The notes under the pieces: model-generated
What the model saw: the letters and a program-made list of their open reading frames with translations, nothing else
The model's database searches: none
Told to the model about the DNA's origin: nothing
Part shown: in pieces, positions 1-10,965 of the stretch
Position numbering within the stretch: the stretch's first letter is position 1
How the letters are laid out: each line of letters starts with the position of its first letter
Assembly: GCA_950097015.1 (NCBI GenBank)
Contig: CATNEN010000001.1
Coordinates: 24,862,001 to 24,926,000 of the forward strand
DNA length: 64,000 nt
Source: Macrostomum hystrix
Lineage: Eukaryota; Animalia; Platyhelminthes
Direction of reading: 5' to 3'
Position numbers and translations under genes: made by a program

Positions 1-67
1 AAGCCACATCGTCGTGTAACAACGGAAGCAAAAGAAGCAACCGAATAACAAGCTGCAGGAAATTCAT
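1..67 (-). CDS. 5' end (signal peptide) of EGFR-ectodomain-like paralog 1; continues beyond the left edge of the window
   Basis: Reverse complement reads ATG at 67, MNFLQLVIRLLLLLPLLHDDVA, matching the N-termini at 3541 and 13261 except one codon (CAC vs CTC). Confidence 0.8.
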   Translation of the reverse strand, partial: MNFLQLVIRLLLLLPLLHDDVA

Positions 68-560
68 TCTCCTAACACACTTCTGTAGTGTTCTCTTTCT
101 ATTTTCATTCCGAGCTCTTAGATTTTTCGTTTCTCTAAATACGAAATAAATAAAACACGACTCGTAGAAAATAAAATTCTTTCGCAGGCTACCTTTTCAA
201 CAATAAATAACACCACTTTCCACTTTTTGCCAGTTTCTCTGACTCTGCACAGAAAAAACTCACTAAACATTTTTGTGCCGCTCGCTTTTAAAAAAAATAT
301 GTATAAATCGATTAATAATCGCTAGAGAAGTAACTTAGCTTGCTTTCTTTTTTTAGCTCCTAAATTGCAGTAGTTAATTTTGCTCCAACTCGAGCAAGAA
401 GCGACTCTCAGTGAAAGAAGCAAGGAAAACTACGTTTTTTTTCAAAAATTTTATTTACCCAAAATTAATATTACGCAAGCTACTGTTTTTCTATCGCCTT
501 CCTTTTTAAAATCGAATTGTTCAGCCTCAAACTTCAAAGAAACAAAAAAACAGCACCTGA
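68..560 (-). promoter_or_regulatory. Upstream/5'UTR region shared by the three EGFR-ectodomain paralogs
   Basis: Inverted homolog of 3281-3540 and of about 12750-13260. The spurious ORFs 380..589 and 12751..12945 both begin MLQLEQEATLSER because of this homology. Confidence 0.7.
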
Positions 561-837
561 ATAGTTATAATAATAATAGTAAGCCATGAATTACTCGGAA
601 TTCATAGCTTAGTAAAATAAGGAAATTAAGCATTCTTCCAAGGAGCACGGGCAGAATTTCAGAATTCATACAATCCCTAAAGCAAATTACACTTGTCCTC
701 TCAATAAGTGTACACTAGTACACCCCCTCTCTGTTAGCCCCAAGCATAATCACCTCCTGGCTGGCAACCTTAAGGAGACAAAACCTGCTTCCTCAGCGGC
801 AGAGAAATAATGTCCCCATGACGCATTTAAAAAAGTG

Positions 838-1125
838 GAAACTGTTGGACACATTTCGAAAACTGTTGGACACATTTAGAAAACGGTTGGACACATTTAG
901 AAAACTGTTGGACACATTTAAAAAACTGTTGGACACATTTAGAAAACGGTTGGACACATTTAGTAAACTGTTGGACACATTTAGAAAACGGTTGGACACA
1001 TTTAGAAAACGGTTGGACACATTTAGAAAACTGTTGGACACATTTAGAAAACGGTTGGACACATTTAGAAAACTGTTGGACACATTTAGAAAGCTGTTGA
1101 ACACTTTCAGAAAACTGTTGGACAG
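838..1125. repeat. 21-bp minisatellite (GAAAACTGTTGGACACATTTA), about 14 copies
   Basis: Direct tandem copies visible; explains the periodic ORFs 793-1249. Confidence 0.95.
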
Positions 1126-1922
1126 TGACAGTGACATTTGACAGTGAAATTCTAATCCGTATGCTTACTTTTAGCGAAACTGGCCCTGACGCAATAATAA
1201 ATATTGCAGTGGTAGGCACTTTGACAAAACAGGCTCTGATTGAATGCATTTAAACACCACACTCCCAGGCACGAAGGCAGACAGAGACAGCAGTTGCGAC
1301 ACAGCAGAGAGCGAACGAGGGAAGGCCACCGTCTATGGCCCACATACAATATATTTGCAGATAAATTGTTTCGAAGAAAGTATTCAAAATGCACACAAAA
1401 AGGCTAAAGCAAGAATTAAAAGAAAGCAAGGAAAAAGAAAAATTTTCACACCACGCAGCAGCGCGAAGAGACAAGGTTGGGCAGTACGCGGGCGCCGGCT
1501 GAAATACAACCCAGCTCAAGGCGGAGGGGTGGGTGTCTGGGGTGGGTGGTTACACCCAATCAGCGAGCGCCGATTGGACACTAAACACCACACTCCCAGG
1601 CACGAAGGCAGACAGAGACAGCAGTTGCGACACAGCAGAGAGCGAACGAGGGAAGGGCACCGTCTATGGCCCGAACCCAAAAAAGAAGAGGAAGGGGGGA
1701 GGCACGCATCATAAAATGCAAATGAGGGTGATGCCGGGACGCACTTAAAACAGAGCTAAAACATAAAACACAAAATGGTTGAAAGAAGTTACAAGCAAGA
1801 CCAGCGAGCGTAGCAAACAACAACTAAACGTGAAAGCAAAAATACAGAAGCCGTCAGCACTTGGTCCACAGCGAGTACAAAAGAAAGAGGTCGCAAAGAA
1901 TGTTTGAGCGACACATCAAGGG

Positions 1923-2125
1923 TCAAACGCACGCCAGCACGATGACGTAGTGCGCGACCTGCTGTGCTGACAGTCTAGTGCTGTCGATGCGCGTTCGCTT
2001 ACAGAAGCGTTGCCAGGAGGCAATCTGGCAGCGGTAGGAGCGCGCTGTCGTGCCTGCGAAGGCCAGGCTGCAGAGCTCGTGGTAGCGGCGGCTGAGGTGC
2101 GAACCCGGGACCGTAGGCGAGCGAT
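1923..2125 (-). pseudogene. N-terminal remnant of the DIRS/Ngaro tyrosine recombinase (not in the ORF track)
   Basis: Reads ...LCSLAFAGTTARSYRCQIASWQRFCKRTRID...LSAQQVAHYVIVLA, the typical DIRS YR N-terminal pattern. Preceded by the acceptor-like TTCCTTTCTTTGCAG. The catalytic part is missing. Confidence 0.6.
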
Positions 2126-2289
2126 CTGCAAAGAAAGGAATTGGCGGGTGGCGGACGAAAGGGTGTGCTCATGAAAGTTGTCAGTTTCAATGTCCACTGT
2201 GCCGTAGAGCCGGAGCAGAAAATTTTCCAGCTCGCTGGTGTCATCTGCGCGACTGCCGCTGTCCGCAAAGATCTGGAATGTCCCAAGCA

Positions 2290-3278
2290 TATCTCGTTAT
2301 CTTGGATAACGAGAACGCGGTGAGCGGCGAGAGGCGCGAGCTGCTGCAGGGCTGTGTTGAAAATCGGGTTCGGCGAGGAGCCCTTGTTGATGGCGCTGAC
2401 AGCGGCCGTGCTGTCCGAGTTGATCACCAGGTTGCTTCCTGGTTGCAGCTGTTGTTGAAAGTGCAGAGCCGTGAACACGGGCGAGGCTCTCCTTAAAATT
2501 GATGCGTAGAGTTTCGAGCTCCTGACTATCGCGTTGCCAGTCGATGATGAGCCAGTTAGTGACGCCTGGGCCGCGGATGATGCCGCAGCCTCCCCAATTG
2601 GATGCGTCCGACTCGATTGCCCAGGATGGCCCGGCGGTCCTCCAAATGCGGCAGCTGGGGGTCTTGGCCAGGCAGGCCACCCACCAGAGGATGGTATCGC
2701 GGAGGTCGTTGTGCATGCGCAGTTTGTGGCAGTGCTGCTTTAGCTTATTGAGTTCCAGCAGGAGCGGCCTCAGGAAACACCTCCCGATACGGACGACCTG
2801 GCAAACCCAGTTGATGCGGCCACAGAGAGATTGGAGCTGGCGCTTGGTGATGCGCTTGTGCGAGAGTGCGGATTGCAGCTGCTCTTTCGTGAACTCGAGC
2901 TTATCCTTCGGGAGCTCTAACAGACCGCTGTTGGTGTCAATCATGACACCCAGGTACACCAGCCTAGTGCACGGCGGAGCTACTTTGCTCCAGTTGATGG
3001 AGAAGCCTAGACGCCGCAGCAGATGAAGCAAAGTGTCCAGAGCTTGCTGGCAGGCCATCTCGGTTTCTGCCGCCACGGCAAAGTCGTCGAGGTAACTCCC
3101 GATATTGCTGAAGCCGCGTCGCTGCATCATGCGCTTGATGGACTCGCTGATGGAAGACTTCCACTGAAGCTGCCGCGCCGAATGGCAGGCGCGTGTCGCA
3201 CAGGTACGTCGGGCCCGGTTGATCGCTGAACTTCCACTGTAGACCAGTGTAGCGGAAGTCGTGGGGACTGATTCCGAC
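2290..3278 (-). pseudogene. DIRS/Ngaro reverse transcriptase-RNase H, frameshifted and 5'-truncated
   Basis: VGISPHDFRYTGLQW...LCDTRLPFGAAASVEVFH, frameshift near 3150, SESIKRMM...YLDDF...ESDASNWG, frameshift near 2480, ...INSDSTAAVSAINKGSS. Confidence 0.85.
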
Positions 3279-3540
3279 TGGTTACTTCTCTAGTGATTAT
3301 TAATCGATTATTATTTTTTTAAAGCAAGCGACACAAAAATATTATCAGTGAGTTTTTCTGTAGAGTCAGAGAAACTGGCAAAAAGTGGAAAGTGGTGTTA
3401 TTTATTGTTGAAAAGGTAGCCTGCGAAAGAATTTTATTTTCTACGAGTCGTGTTTTATTTATTTCGTATTTAGAGAAACGAAAAATCTAAGAGCTCAGAA
3501 TGAAAATAGAAAGAGAACACTACAGAATTGTGTTAGGAGA

Positions 3541-5000
3541 ATGAATTTCCTGCAGCTTGTTATTCGGTTGCTTCTTTTGCTTCCGTTGTTACTCGACGAT
3601 GTGGCTTCTGGCACCCGGATCTGCAAATCCTTATATATATCCAGCAGCGATTATGATATCCAGAGAAACGTTAGTCGCTTGCACGCGTACTTAACGGCTT
3701 TAGTAGCTGGCTGCCAGTATGTATTCGGCGACTTGCAATTGGACAAGATAGGCAATGACCATTCAACATTGGAGTACAAACCGCTCGAGGATGCCATTCA
3801 AGGCATGCAAACTGACTTTCTTGACTCCATTGTGGAGATCAGAGGAAAACTAATTATCAAGTCCGTCAACCTTAAACCCGTCACCTTTCGCAACTTGCGC
3901 ACCATCCGAGGTTACGCTTTTGCCAAGACTACTGACATCTTAATTTTAATATGGAAGTCGCCGAACATGAGCAAGTTGGAAATGCCCAAGTTGACTGCTA
4001 TCACAAAGAAACATGTTCTTGTATCTGGGCCGGTGAAGTCTAGCTTGTACTGCTACCTGTCCTACAGCATCAACTGGAAAAGCCTGTTTCAAGAACCAGA
4101 CCAGCGCTATTTGGATGATGTGCCTTCTATTATTACTGAAGAAGGCAGACAACTTATTATAAACAATTCGACATTGGATGTGATTAGTGATACCTGCAAT
4201 CGTCTGCTTTCCTGTCACGCTAACTGTACTCCAATTTATGACCAAATTTGCTGGTCCGACGGTGTTGATGGCTGTCAAAGTAATCATCTGTGTCGTAAAC
4301 CCAAGTGTCACTTTACGGACTCCTTGGACCAATCAAAGGAGTTTACACAAAGTGTATTGACAAAATTAGATCTAAGTCCTGCAAATCGTGCAATGTCTCC
4401 TTAATGATGTCAGACAACTTAGCAAACTCATTGAGGACTTAGTAGTGTTCGATTTGGAAGGCCGATCCTTTTCTCGATGTGTCTGTGGAAAAGTTAAATT
4501 ACTTAGATAACCTTAGAGCATTTGAGAATTTAGAGTACTTTTACGGCACTTTTTCGATTTTAGGATTTCAATACTTACCAGAAAATCTCCAATTCCTACG
4601 TATTCGCAAACACGTCACTGATTCCTTCGTATTTTTATTTCTCAAGACGAAATACCTCGGACTAGCTAGCTTTGAATATACTGCTGACCTTCAGCTTGTG
4701 GGTATTAGTGATCTTTGCAGAGCCTGGTATCCAAGCAATCGAATCCGAGAAATCCAGGAAGTCACCAAAGAATTAAAAATTACAATACAAAACCTGAGCT
4801 TTGATGACAGCAGCGAGATTTGCCGGAACGCTGCCTGCGATGCTCAGTGCCAGGGCTAATGCTGGGGACCCGGTCCAGACATGTGCGTGGCGTGTCGGAA
4901 CTTCAAAGTGAACGGCCGCTGCTCTGCCACCTGTGCGGAGTCGGGCAGGTATGAAGTAAATGGGAGTTGTGAACTGCCTGTGCCACAGCTAATCGGCTAA
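3541..5000 (+). pseudogene. Pseudogene of the secreted EGFR-ectodomain-like protein (paralog 2)
   Basis: Colinear with 13261-15006 but has a ~290-bp deletion at about 4320-4333, frameshifts, in-frame TAG TAG at about 4440 (GAG CAG in the intact copy) and TAA at 4857 (GAA in the intact copy). Confidence 0.85.
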
Positions 5001-5249
5001 TGCGATGAAGGCTGCAACGGTCCAGGGCGTGTTCAGTGTGTGAACTGAGAAGTTTCGTTACGAACAAATCAGTGCTTCATTGTAATGAGACTACATGTAA
5101 ATTTGAGTTAATAAAAGTGTACCAAGATCTATATGATAATTCTAAGATGAAATTTTAGAGCAATTTTAATGTCTTCAATTAGTCGCATAGCACATGCAGT
5201 GGTACACCATCAAGGCATCATGTAGTGCCTTTGTTTACAGAAATTTTAG

Positions 5250-5475
5250 GGGTCGGTTTGAAGGGGTGGGGGTATGATGGGTCGGTGTATAAGGGGTGGG
5301 GGTATGATGGGTCGGTGTATAAGGGGTGGGGGTATGATGGGTCGGTGTATAACGGGTGGGGGTATGAGGGGTCAGTGTGAAGGGGTGAAGGTATGAGTGG
5401 TCGGTGTAAAGGGGTGGGGGTATGAGGGGCGGTGTGAAGGGGTGGGGTATGAGGGGTCGGTTTGAAGGGTTAGTA
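5250..5475. repeat. G-rich ~30-bp tandem repeat (GGGGTGGGGGTATGATGGGTCGGTGTATAA), G-quadruplex-prone
   Basis: About 7 degenerate copies with several G-runs per unit. Confidence 0.85.
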
Positions 5476-5730
5476 TGTTGGGATGGAAGGGGTGCGTTAT
5501 GTCGGCCTAGTGTGCTCAGATCAGTGTGTATGATGGGTGGAGCATGGTGTTTGGTGGGAGACTGGGAGTCTAGTGTGCTGCTGCGGTAGCTTGTGGTATC
5601 ACGGAGTTTTGTGTGAGCGACGAGGGGGCATGTAGTTTGGGTGTGTACGGATGAGGTGAGTAATGAGAGGGTTTGTTTGCAGGGTGAGATTTTGTTCCTT
5701 TGAGCAGAAGTGTATGTGTTTGCAGCAGGT

Positions 5731-6087
5731 CAGTTTACCGATTACTTTTTTCTATCGTGCAACATTTGGCTGCCCGCTTTAGTTTTGAACTCCTTCGAGT
5801 AGTCAGGTAAATCATATAGATGTCCTGAAATGCTCTAAAATGTCCTGGTATAAGTCATCAGTTTGCACATTCATAATTAATGAGTCAGTGTCAGTGTCGA
5901 GAATTTGTTATCGGCATTGTTATCGTCTTTGATATATAGAAAAACTCATGCATTAGACGCTTTGATTCATCAACAATACTGACTCCTGTGAAGATGGGTT
6001 TTTAAGCGTCACACTTGTCTTGTAAAACAGAATGGCTCCGATTTGTTCATTAAAGATGTGCGTTTCCTTGAATATTGGCTTCGACAT
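5731..6087 (-). pseudogene. Degraded Polinton/Maverick-type family B DNA polymerase C-terminal fragment
   Basis: Manual translation across frameshifts: MSKPIFKETHIFNEQIGAILFYKTSVTL / PIFTGVSIVDESKRLMHEFFY / ILDTDTDSLIMNVQTDDLYQD / YDLPDYS / KKVIGKL, matching the KPIYxG...SK.LMY.F.Y, YxDTDS and KKVIGK motifs. Confidence 0.7.
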
Positions 6088-6196
6088 TTTGTAATCGTAA
6101 TAATGTTTCAAAATAGGTTACCGTCTGCTCGTATTTCAGAAATTTTGAAATAGCCCGATCTGTACACCAGTTTCTATGTATTCTTACCAAAGTGAC

Positions 6197-6336
6197 CTAG
6201 GCCTAATAATTGGTAGCTAGCCGAAAGAGGCTAGCCTTTTGTAATAAAAAATCAGCAAATGAATTAAAAACTAGGCCTAAATAATTGGTAGCTAGCCGAA
6301 AGAGGCTAGCCTTTTGTAATAAAAAATCAGCAAATG
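6197..6336. repeat. Two tandem copies of a ~65-bp unit containing a GCTAGCC-GAAAGA-GGCTAGC hairpin
   Basis: CTAGGCCTA(A)ATAATTGGTAGCTAGCCGAAAGAGGCTAGCCTTTTGTAATAAAAAATCAGCAAATGA present twice. Confidence 0.8.
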
Positions 6337-7801
6337 ATATTAAAGCATTCATTCAGTTCACTACATAATTATTTGCAATATAATTTAGTATAAGATAAGC
6401 CTATGCCTATTGATAAATATATTAGAAATGGAACATGGATAAAATTGTATAAAATGGAAATGCAATAAACATTTTCCTTTGTTATTTAACTTTTATGCCT
6501 ATGGCCCCTTTGCATATTTAATAACTGTTAAGCAGACCACATGTTATATTAAGTAGCAAACAGGTTTGAAACTACATACATAGTGCAATAACTATTGGCA
6601 TATCCTTGATCATAATCATTCCCCTTGGATAAGTTACTTAACTTAATGTGTTATTGGTGTCAATGTAACATTGTTGGCCTAACAATGATAATACTTGTTG
6701 CCCTGTTTAAATTGGGCCAATAAACTGAAATCATTTCTTTTTCTTCCCTTCTTCGCCCCTTTTCCAAATACTTAGGCCTAGGCCCTAGTCTTAGTTAAAG
6801 TGAAACCACAGTAATATTTGAATCATTGTAAATTCTTGAGAGTGATTAGGCCTAGGCCTATTCACAATGACACATAAAATGTCACAGAAGTTAATATAGA
6901 TCGATTACTAGGTCTGTTTCCCTGTTATAGCCACCAGCCCACCACCACACAGCAGACACAACACCATGGATTATTGCTTCCATTTAAAATTAGCTAATGT
7001 AGGACGGTGCTAATAATGAATAATATAAATATCTGAATTGTAGCTAAACGAATTTGTAGCGAATACGGAAAAACATTGTTTTTTGCGAGAGTTCGATTGC
7101 AGCGCAGAAACAATGGACGATAAGCCAGCAAGCATAGTTGCCACAGGTCGTGAAGAAATTACACGTAGTAGTGCAGCAGGATGGTAAAAATAGCGCAGGT
7201 ACACCAAAATGACAAAACGTGCGATATATATGACCCCCTTTGCTGCCCAGCCCCCCGCCCACGCCCAACTGCTTCTTTCTCTCTCTCTTACTCTGTCTGT
7301 CATCCAGACAATGACAGCAAGAGGCAGCAAAATTGATGTGCACTGAATAAGAAACAAGTTTTTTGGCAAAAATTTGAATGGCAGAATTTTAAATTGACAA
7401 CATTGACACGATGCAAACATGGAGATAGAATGGCAATAAAATGGCAATAAAAAATCGGCAATGCAAATGCATGAAACGTACATGACGTTGTATGATGCAC
7501 ATACAAGTTTTCGAACCATATGCTGTAGGCAAAGAATGGGTTGTAAGTTACTGTCTCTGCTTCTCTCAACATCATTGGAAGCAAAATAAATGTTTCCAGT
7601 GCATTGCTTTTGAGCGCAATGCATTAAGAAGGCAAGGGCAGTAAGCTGTATACAAGATTCGGTAAACTTGCCCTTGCACAGTAATATTGATTCAGTAAAA
7701 TTGCACACAGGGGATTTCATGAAGCACAATACACAATACAGGACAGATTGACACGAATAATGCACAGAATTAATGTTTTGGAAATACTGCACAATTACAC
7801 A

Positions 7802-10362
7802 CTACTGCCGATTTGCAGAGGATGCAGTTGGCGCAGTTTTCGTCACATTGCTCGACTTCCCTTGCGTCTGGGACTTGCTCTGGCGCTTTCGCAGTGCAGC
7901 CTCCTGCTTTGCAGCAGCAACAAGGAACTCCTGCACCTTCTGCCGCATCTCGTCAATGGATAGCTGCTGTGCAGCCAGATCTTGCTCCTGGCGTCGGCGC
8001 GCTTCCTGCTCTACTTTCTGCGCAGCTGCTCGCTGGCGCTCCTCGTCCAGCCTCTTCTGCAGTCGGTCCTTTGCCAGCTGCCGCTCCTCCTTTTGAGCTC
8101 GCTCAGCCGCTTTGCTTCTGGCCTGCAGTCCTGTGGCAATCAGCTCGGGGCTAATCGTGATAGTGTCAGCAGTGGCTGAGTTCGACTTGAGCCAGGTCTT
8201 GATGGTCAGCAGCGACTCCAGGGTGAAGCCACTCAGCTTGTTCCGCTGCTTCGTGAGATCATTGGCCAGCCACTTGAGGAAGCGCTCGCTATCGGCATTG
8301 CTGTGGGGAATGCAGCACGCAGCACGCCCCAGCTTGGTCAGAACCGGATACGTGTCGCTGGACAAGCTCGACCAGAACTCCTCTGGACTTGCAACTGCTG
8401 CCTGTCCCAGAGATGTTGACTCCCGCAGTTTGGTCACTTCGAGGCGCAGGTCGTCCAGCGCAGCGGTGGGAACTACGTTCTTCATTGCCTTTGCGACCCG
8501 CAGCACACTTTTATCGAAGTCGAACTCCGAGGCCAGCAGGTAGTGCGGATTGACAAACCACAGGGCTCGCAGAACCTTGTTGTTGAGCCGCAAGTAGGAG
8601 AACAACTGAATGCTGAATGAGCTGGCAGTAAAAGTCACGCACGGACTTGAAAAACCCGATGCGGTCGATTGGCGACATCCTTGCAACAGTGTCGCGGGTC
8701 TGGCCACCAATGATCAGGCTCTCGTTGTCCAGCTGATTGTTGCGCTCCTTTGCGAGACTCGCGAGCTAGAAGAGAGAAGCACTCGCGGTAACGACCTCCT
8801 CACGAACGAAACACGCCAGTAGATCGCCGCAGAGGTCGTCCAGCGATGATGCAAGCACGTGAACCTGCGTGCTCTCGTGCTGAAACAGCTTCTCGAGCTT
8901 CTCGCACCGAGACAAGGCCTGCTCCAGAAACTGAAGGCGAGCCAGTATCTTGTCATTCAATGCCTGCTTGACACGACGCGCTCGCTCGTGCTTCAAGTTC
9001 TTCGGCATGCTGAAGTACTGCTGAAATGCAGGCCACTGCTCCAGGACTCGGCGCACCACGTTGAGCACTTGGAGCCAGCGGGTTTCAACCCGCCGGAGGA
9101 ACTCATGCTGGGCCAGCTCTAGTGATTCCTGGACCTGAAAAAGAAGATAGGAGTAAAATGGTAAATGAGTAATGTAAATGCTCATTCTTTACAGTAGTTG
9201 CTCACTAAATAAACAGGCATTGTGCAAACGAATGTAAAAAATTTGTATACGTAGCTGAAGCTGCTGAGTGCTACATTTGCATAAGTCATAAAGGCAACTC
9301 ATGAGCTGCATGTGTGCAGGTGTATACTATACTGTCCATGTAAAATCCATGTCCACATGAAACCCCTGTGCATTCTAACTCACCGCACTGAATGAATGTC
9401 GCCTTCCTTCGTACCGGAAGTGGTTGTAGGCATCATCCATCAGCTCCTCAGCCTCGCCAGTGCTGTCCAGGCTTTTCACAGCGTACTGAACGCTGTTGTG
9501 GATATGGTGGACGCTGCACCCACCAATATCGATCAGCTGGGGCAGGTCCGCCTTCAGCTTTACCAGCAAGCCGTTGTGCTCACCTCGCATTGCATTGCAC
9601 GAGTCGGTCATTACGGCAAGCACATGCTCTGGTGGAACATTGCCATCCCGCAGAAGAGACTGAAGCACCTCCTCATGCCATCTGCTGAGCAATCGGTCAT
9701 CTCCTTGATGCCAAGCAGGAAGATGATCACCTTTTGCTGCTCAACGGAGAACACAAGTACAGCCAGATAGCTGCGGTCTCGCTTGGTTCCTTCGTCCATC
9801 ATGATGGAAAATGGAGACTGGCGCAGGCACTGCAGCATCTGCTCCCGCGCATATGGAGCGAGCGCTTCATTCACGAGGTAGCTGGTCTTCGTGCGGCCAG
9901 AGGTGAAGTTCTTGGCAATCTTACTGTCAGGGAATGCAGCCGGCATTGAAGCTGACAGCTTGTCCATCAGGCTGAAGGACAGGTCCTTTTTGGCAATCAC
10001 CAGTGCGAATCGCAGGCTGGCAGCCATGGCTTGCTTGATGAGGCTGTCAGATTGCTGGGAACTCCCATTCGTGATAGTAGACTGTTGAAAAAACGTTGTG
10101 ATGGTTCGCTGCTCACTTGCAGTAGCACCAGGGAGGAGTGCTTGCTCCCAGCTGCATGCTGACGTAGCGCACTGATTCCGTGCTGCTTGTAGGATACAGC
10201 TTTGTTGCAGATACTACAGAGGGCCTCGCCATCACGGTTGCTCTTGTGACACCACTTTGAGATCAGCTGCCCACTTTGACCATCTGGATTGTCATTCTGC
10301 TGTAGCCAGTCATTGTCCCACTTAGTGTTACGGCCAGAGGATGTAGAGCTGGTAGAAGTCAT
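7802..10362 (-). pseudogene. hAT transposase pseudogene (intron 9135-9383)
   Basis: BED-type Zn finger (ALCSIC...LRQHAAGSKH), FSIMMDEGT, MTDSCNAMRG, GCSVHHIHN, ETRWL and the C-terminal dimerisation motif FW...YPVLTKL...IPHSNADSER. Frameshifts near 10090, 9680 and 8610, plus a premature TAG at 8766. Confidence 0.88.
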
Positions 10363-10922
10363 TTTTACAGTGTGTCGGGTTTTAACAAGCAGCTTTTTTC
10401 TCTTTGTCTCAGAAGGGTTTTAAGTATAAAGGGAGGGGGAAGAAAGCCAGACAGAAGACATCCATGGGGTGTGCCTTAATTCTTTTTAGTCTTAGGGTAG
10501 AAAAGTGGACGAGGGAGAGATTCACAGCCCAGCCAATAGCAAGTGAGCTGTGGGGTTTGACTTTGAAGTTAGGGTAAGAGAAGCGTCAAAATAAACATCG
10601 GGTTACACCAGGGGTCGGCAATCTAACTGCAACCCCTCCTCCAATGTACAGTTATCAGTCTGGCGAGAGAAAAAACAATCGTATGAAGCTCAACTTCAAC
10701 TTTTACGGCTGGGGACCACATTCAATGACAGGAGTTTGAAACTTTAAGACTGAATACCAAGACTTAGGAAAAAAATGGACCAGTCTTATATTTTCGTATA
10801 AATGTGACATAAATCACACTTTAGCGCAGAATTGGTCATGTTTTGCAAATAGTAGCGCAATAGCGCAGGCAATTGAGAATAGTGTAACACACTAAAAGTG
10901 GGGAATGAACCTCGCGCTGGCA

Positions 10923-10965
10923 GACCGAGACCGGTTTCTGGCTTGTTTGCCTTCGTCAGTCAGCC
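10923..10965 (-). ncRNA. Minimal type I hammerhead-ribozyme-like motif (Penelope/retrozyme type)
   Basis: GGCUGA-CUGACGA-A-GGC(AAACAA)GCC-A-GAAA-CCGG-UC-UCGGUC: core boxes, palindromic ACCGGU stem III, GUC cleavage triplet and 6-bp stem I. The stem II closing pair is non-canonical (A/A). Confidence 0.55.

Larger units (their letters stand above)
1251..3280 (-). mobile_element. Truncated DIRS-superfamily tyrosine-recombinase retrotransposon, Ngaro/PAT type (3' B1-A2-B2 split direct repeats)
   Basis: RT motifs DTRLPFG and YLDDF; DIRS-type RNase H (ESDAS, INFKE, NSDSTAAVSAINKG); YR N-terminus remnant; 91-bp direct repeats at 1251-1341 and 1582-1672 with one mismatch. Confidence 0.8.

Noticed and set aside
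793-1249. Periodic ORFs on both strands (likewise 24674-25264, 35567-36046, 36745-37111, 39919-40896, 43908-44760, 49816-57648, 59558-59860, 61624-62326)
   Set aside because: Translations of stop-free minisatellite units, mostly inside introns defined by phase-consistent splice sites.
7010-7792. 260-aa ORF
   Set aside because: No recognisable domain; it crosses the hAT terminus and TSD.
10609-10624. CAGGGGTCGGCAATCT, resembling a hAT TIR
   Set aside because: No inverted partner or TSD found; the true ends are 7133 and 11153.
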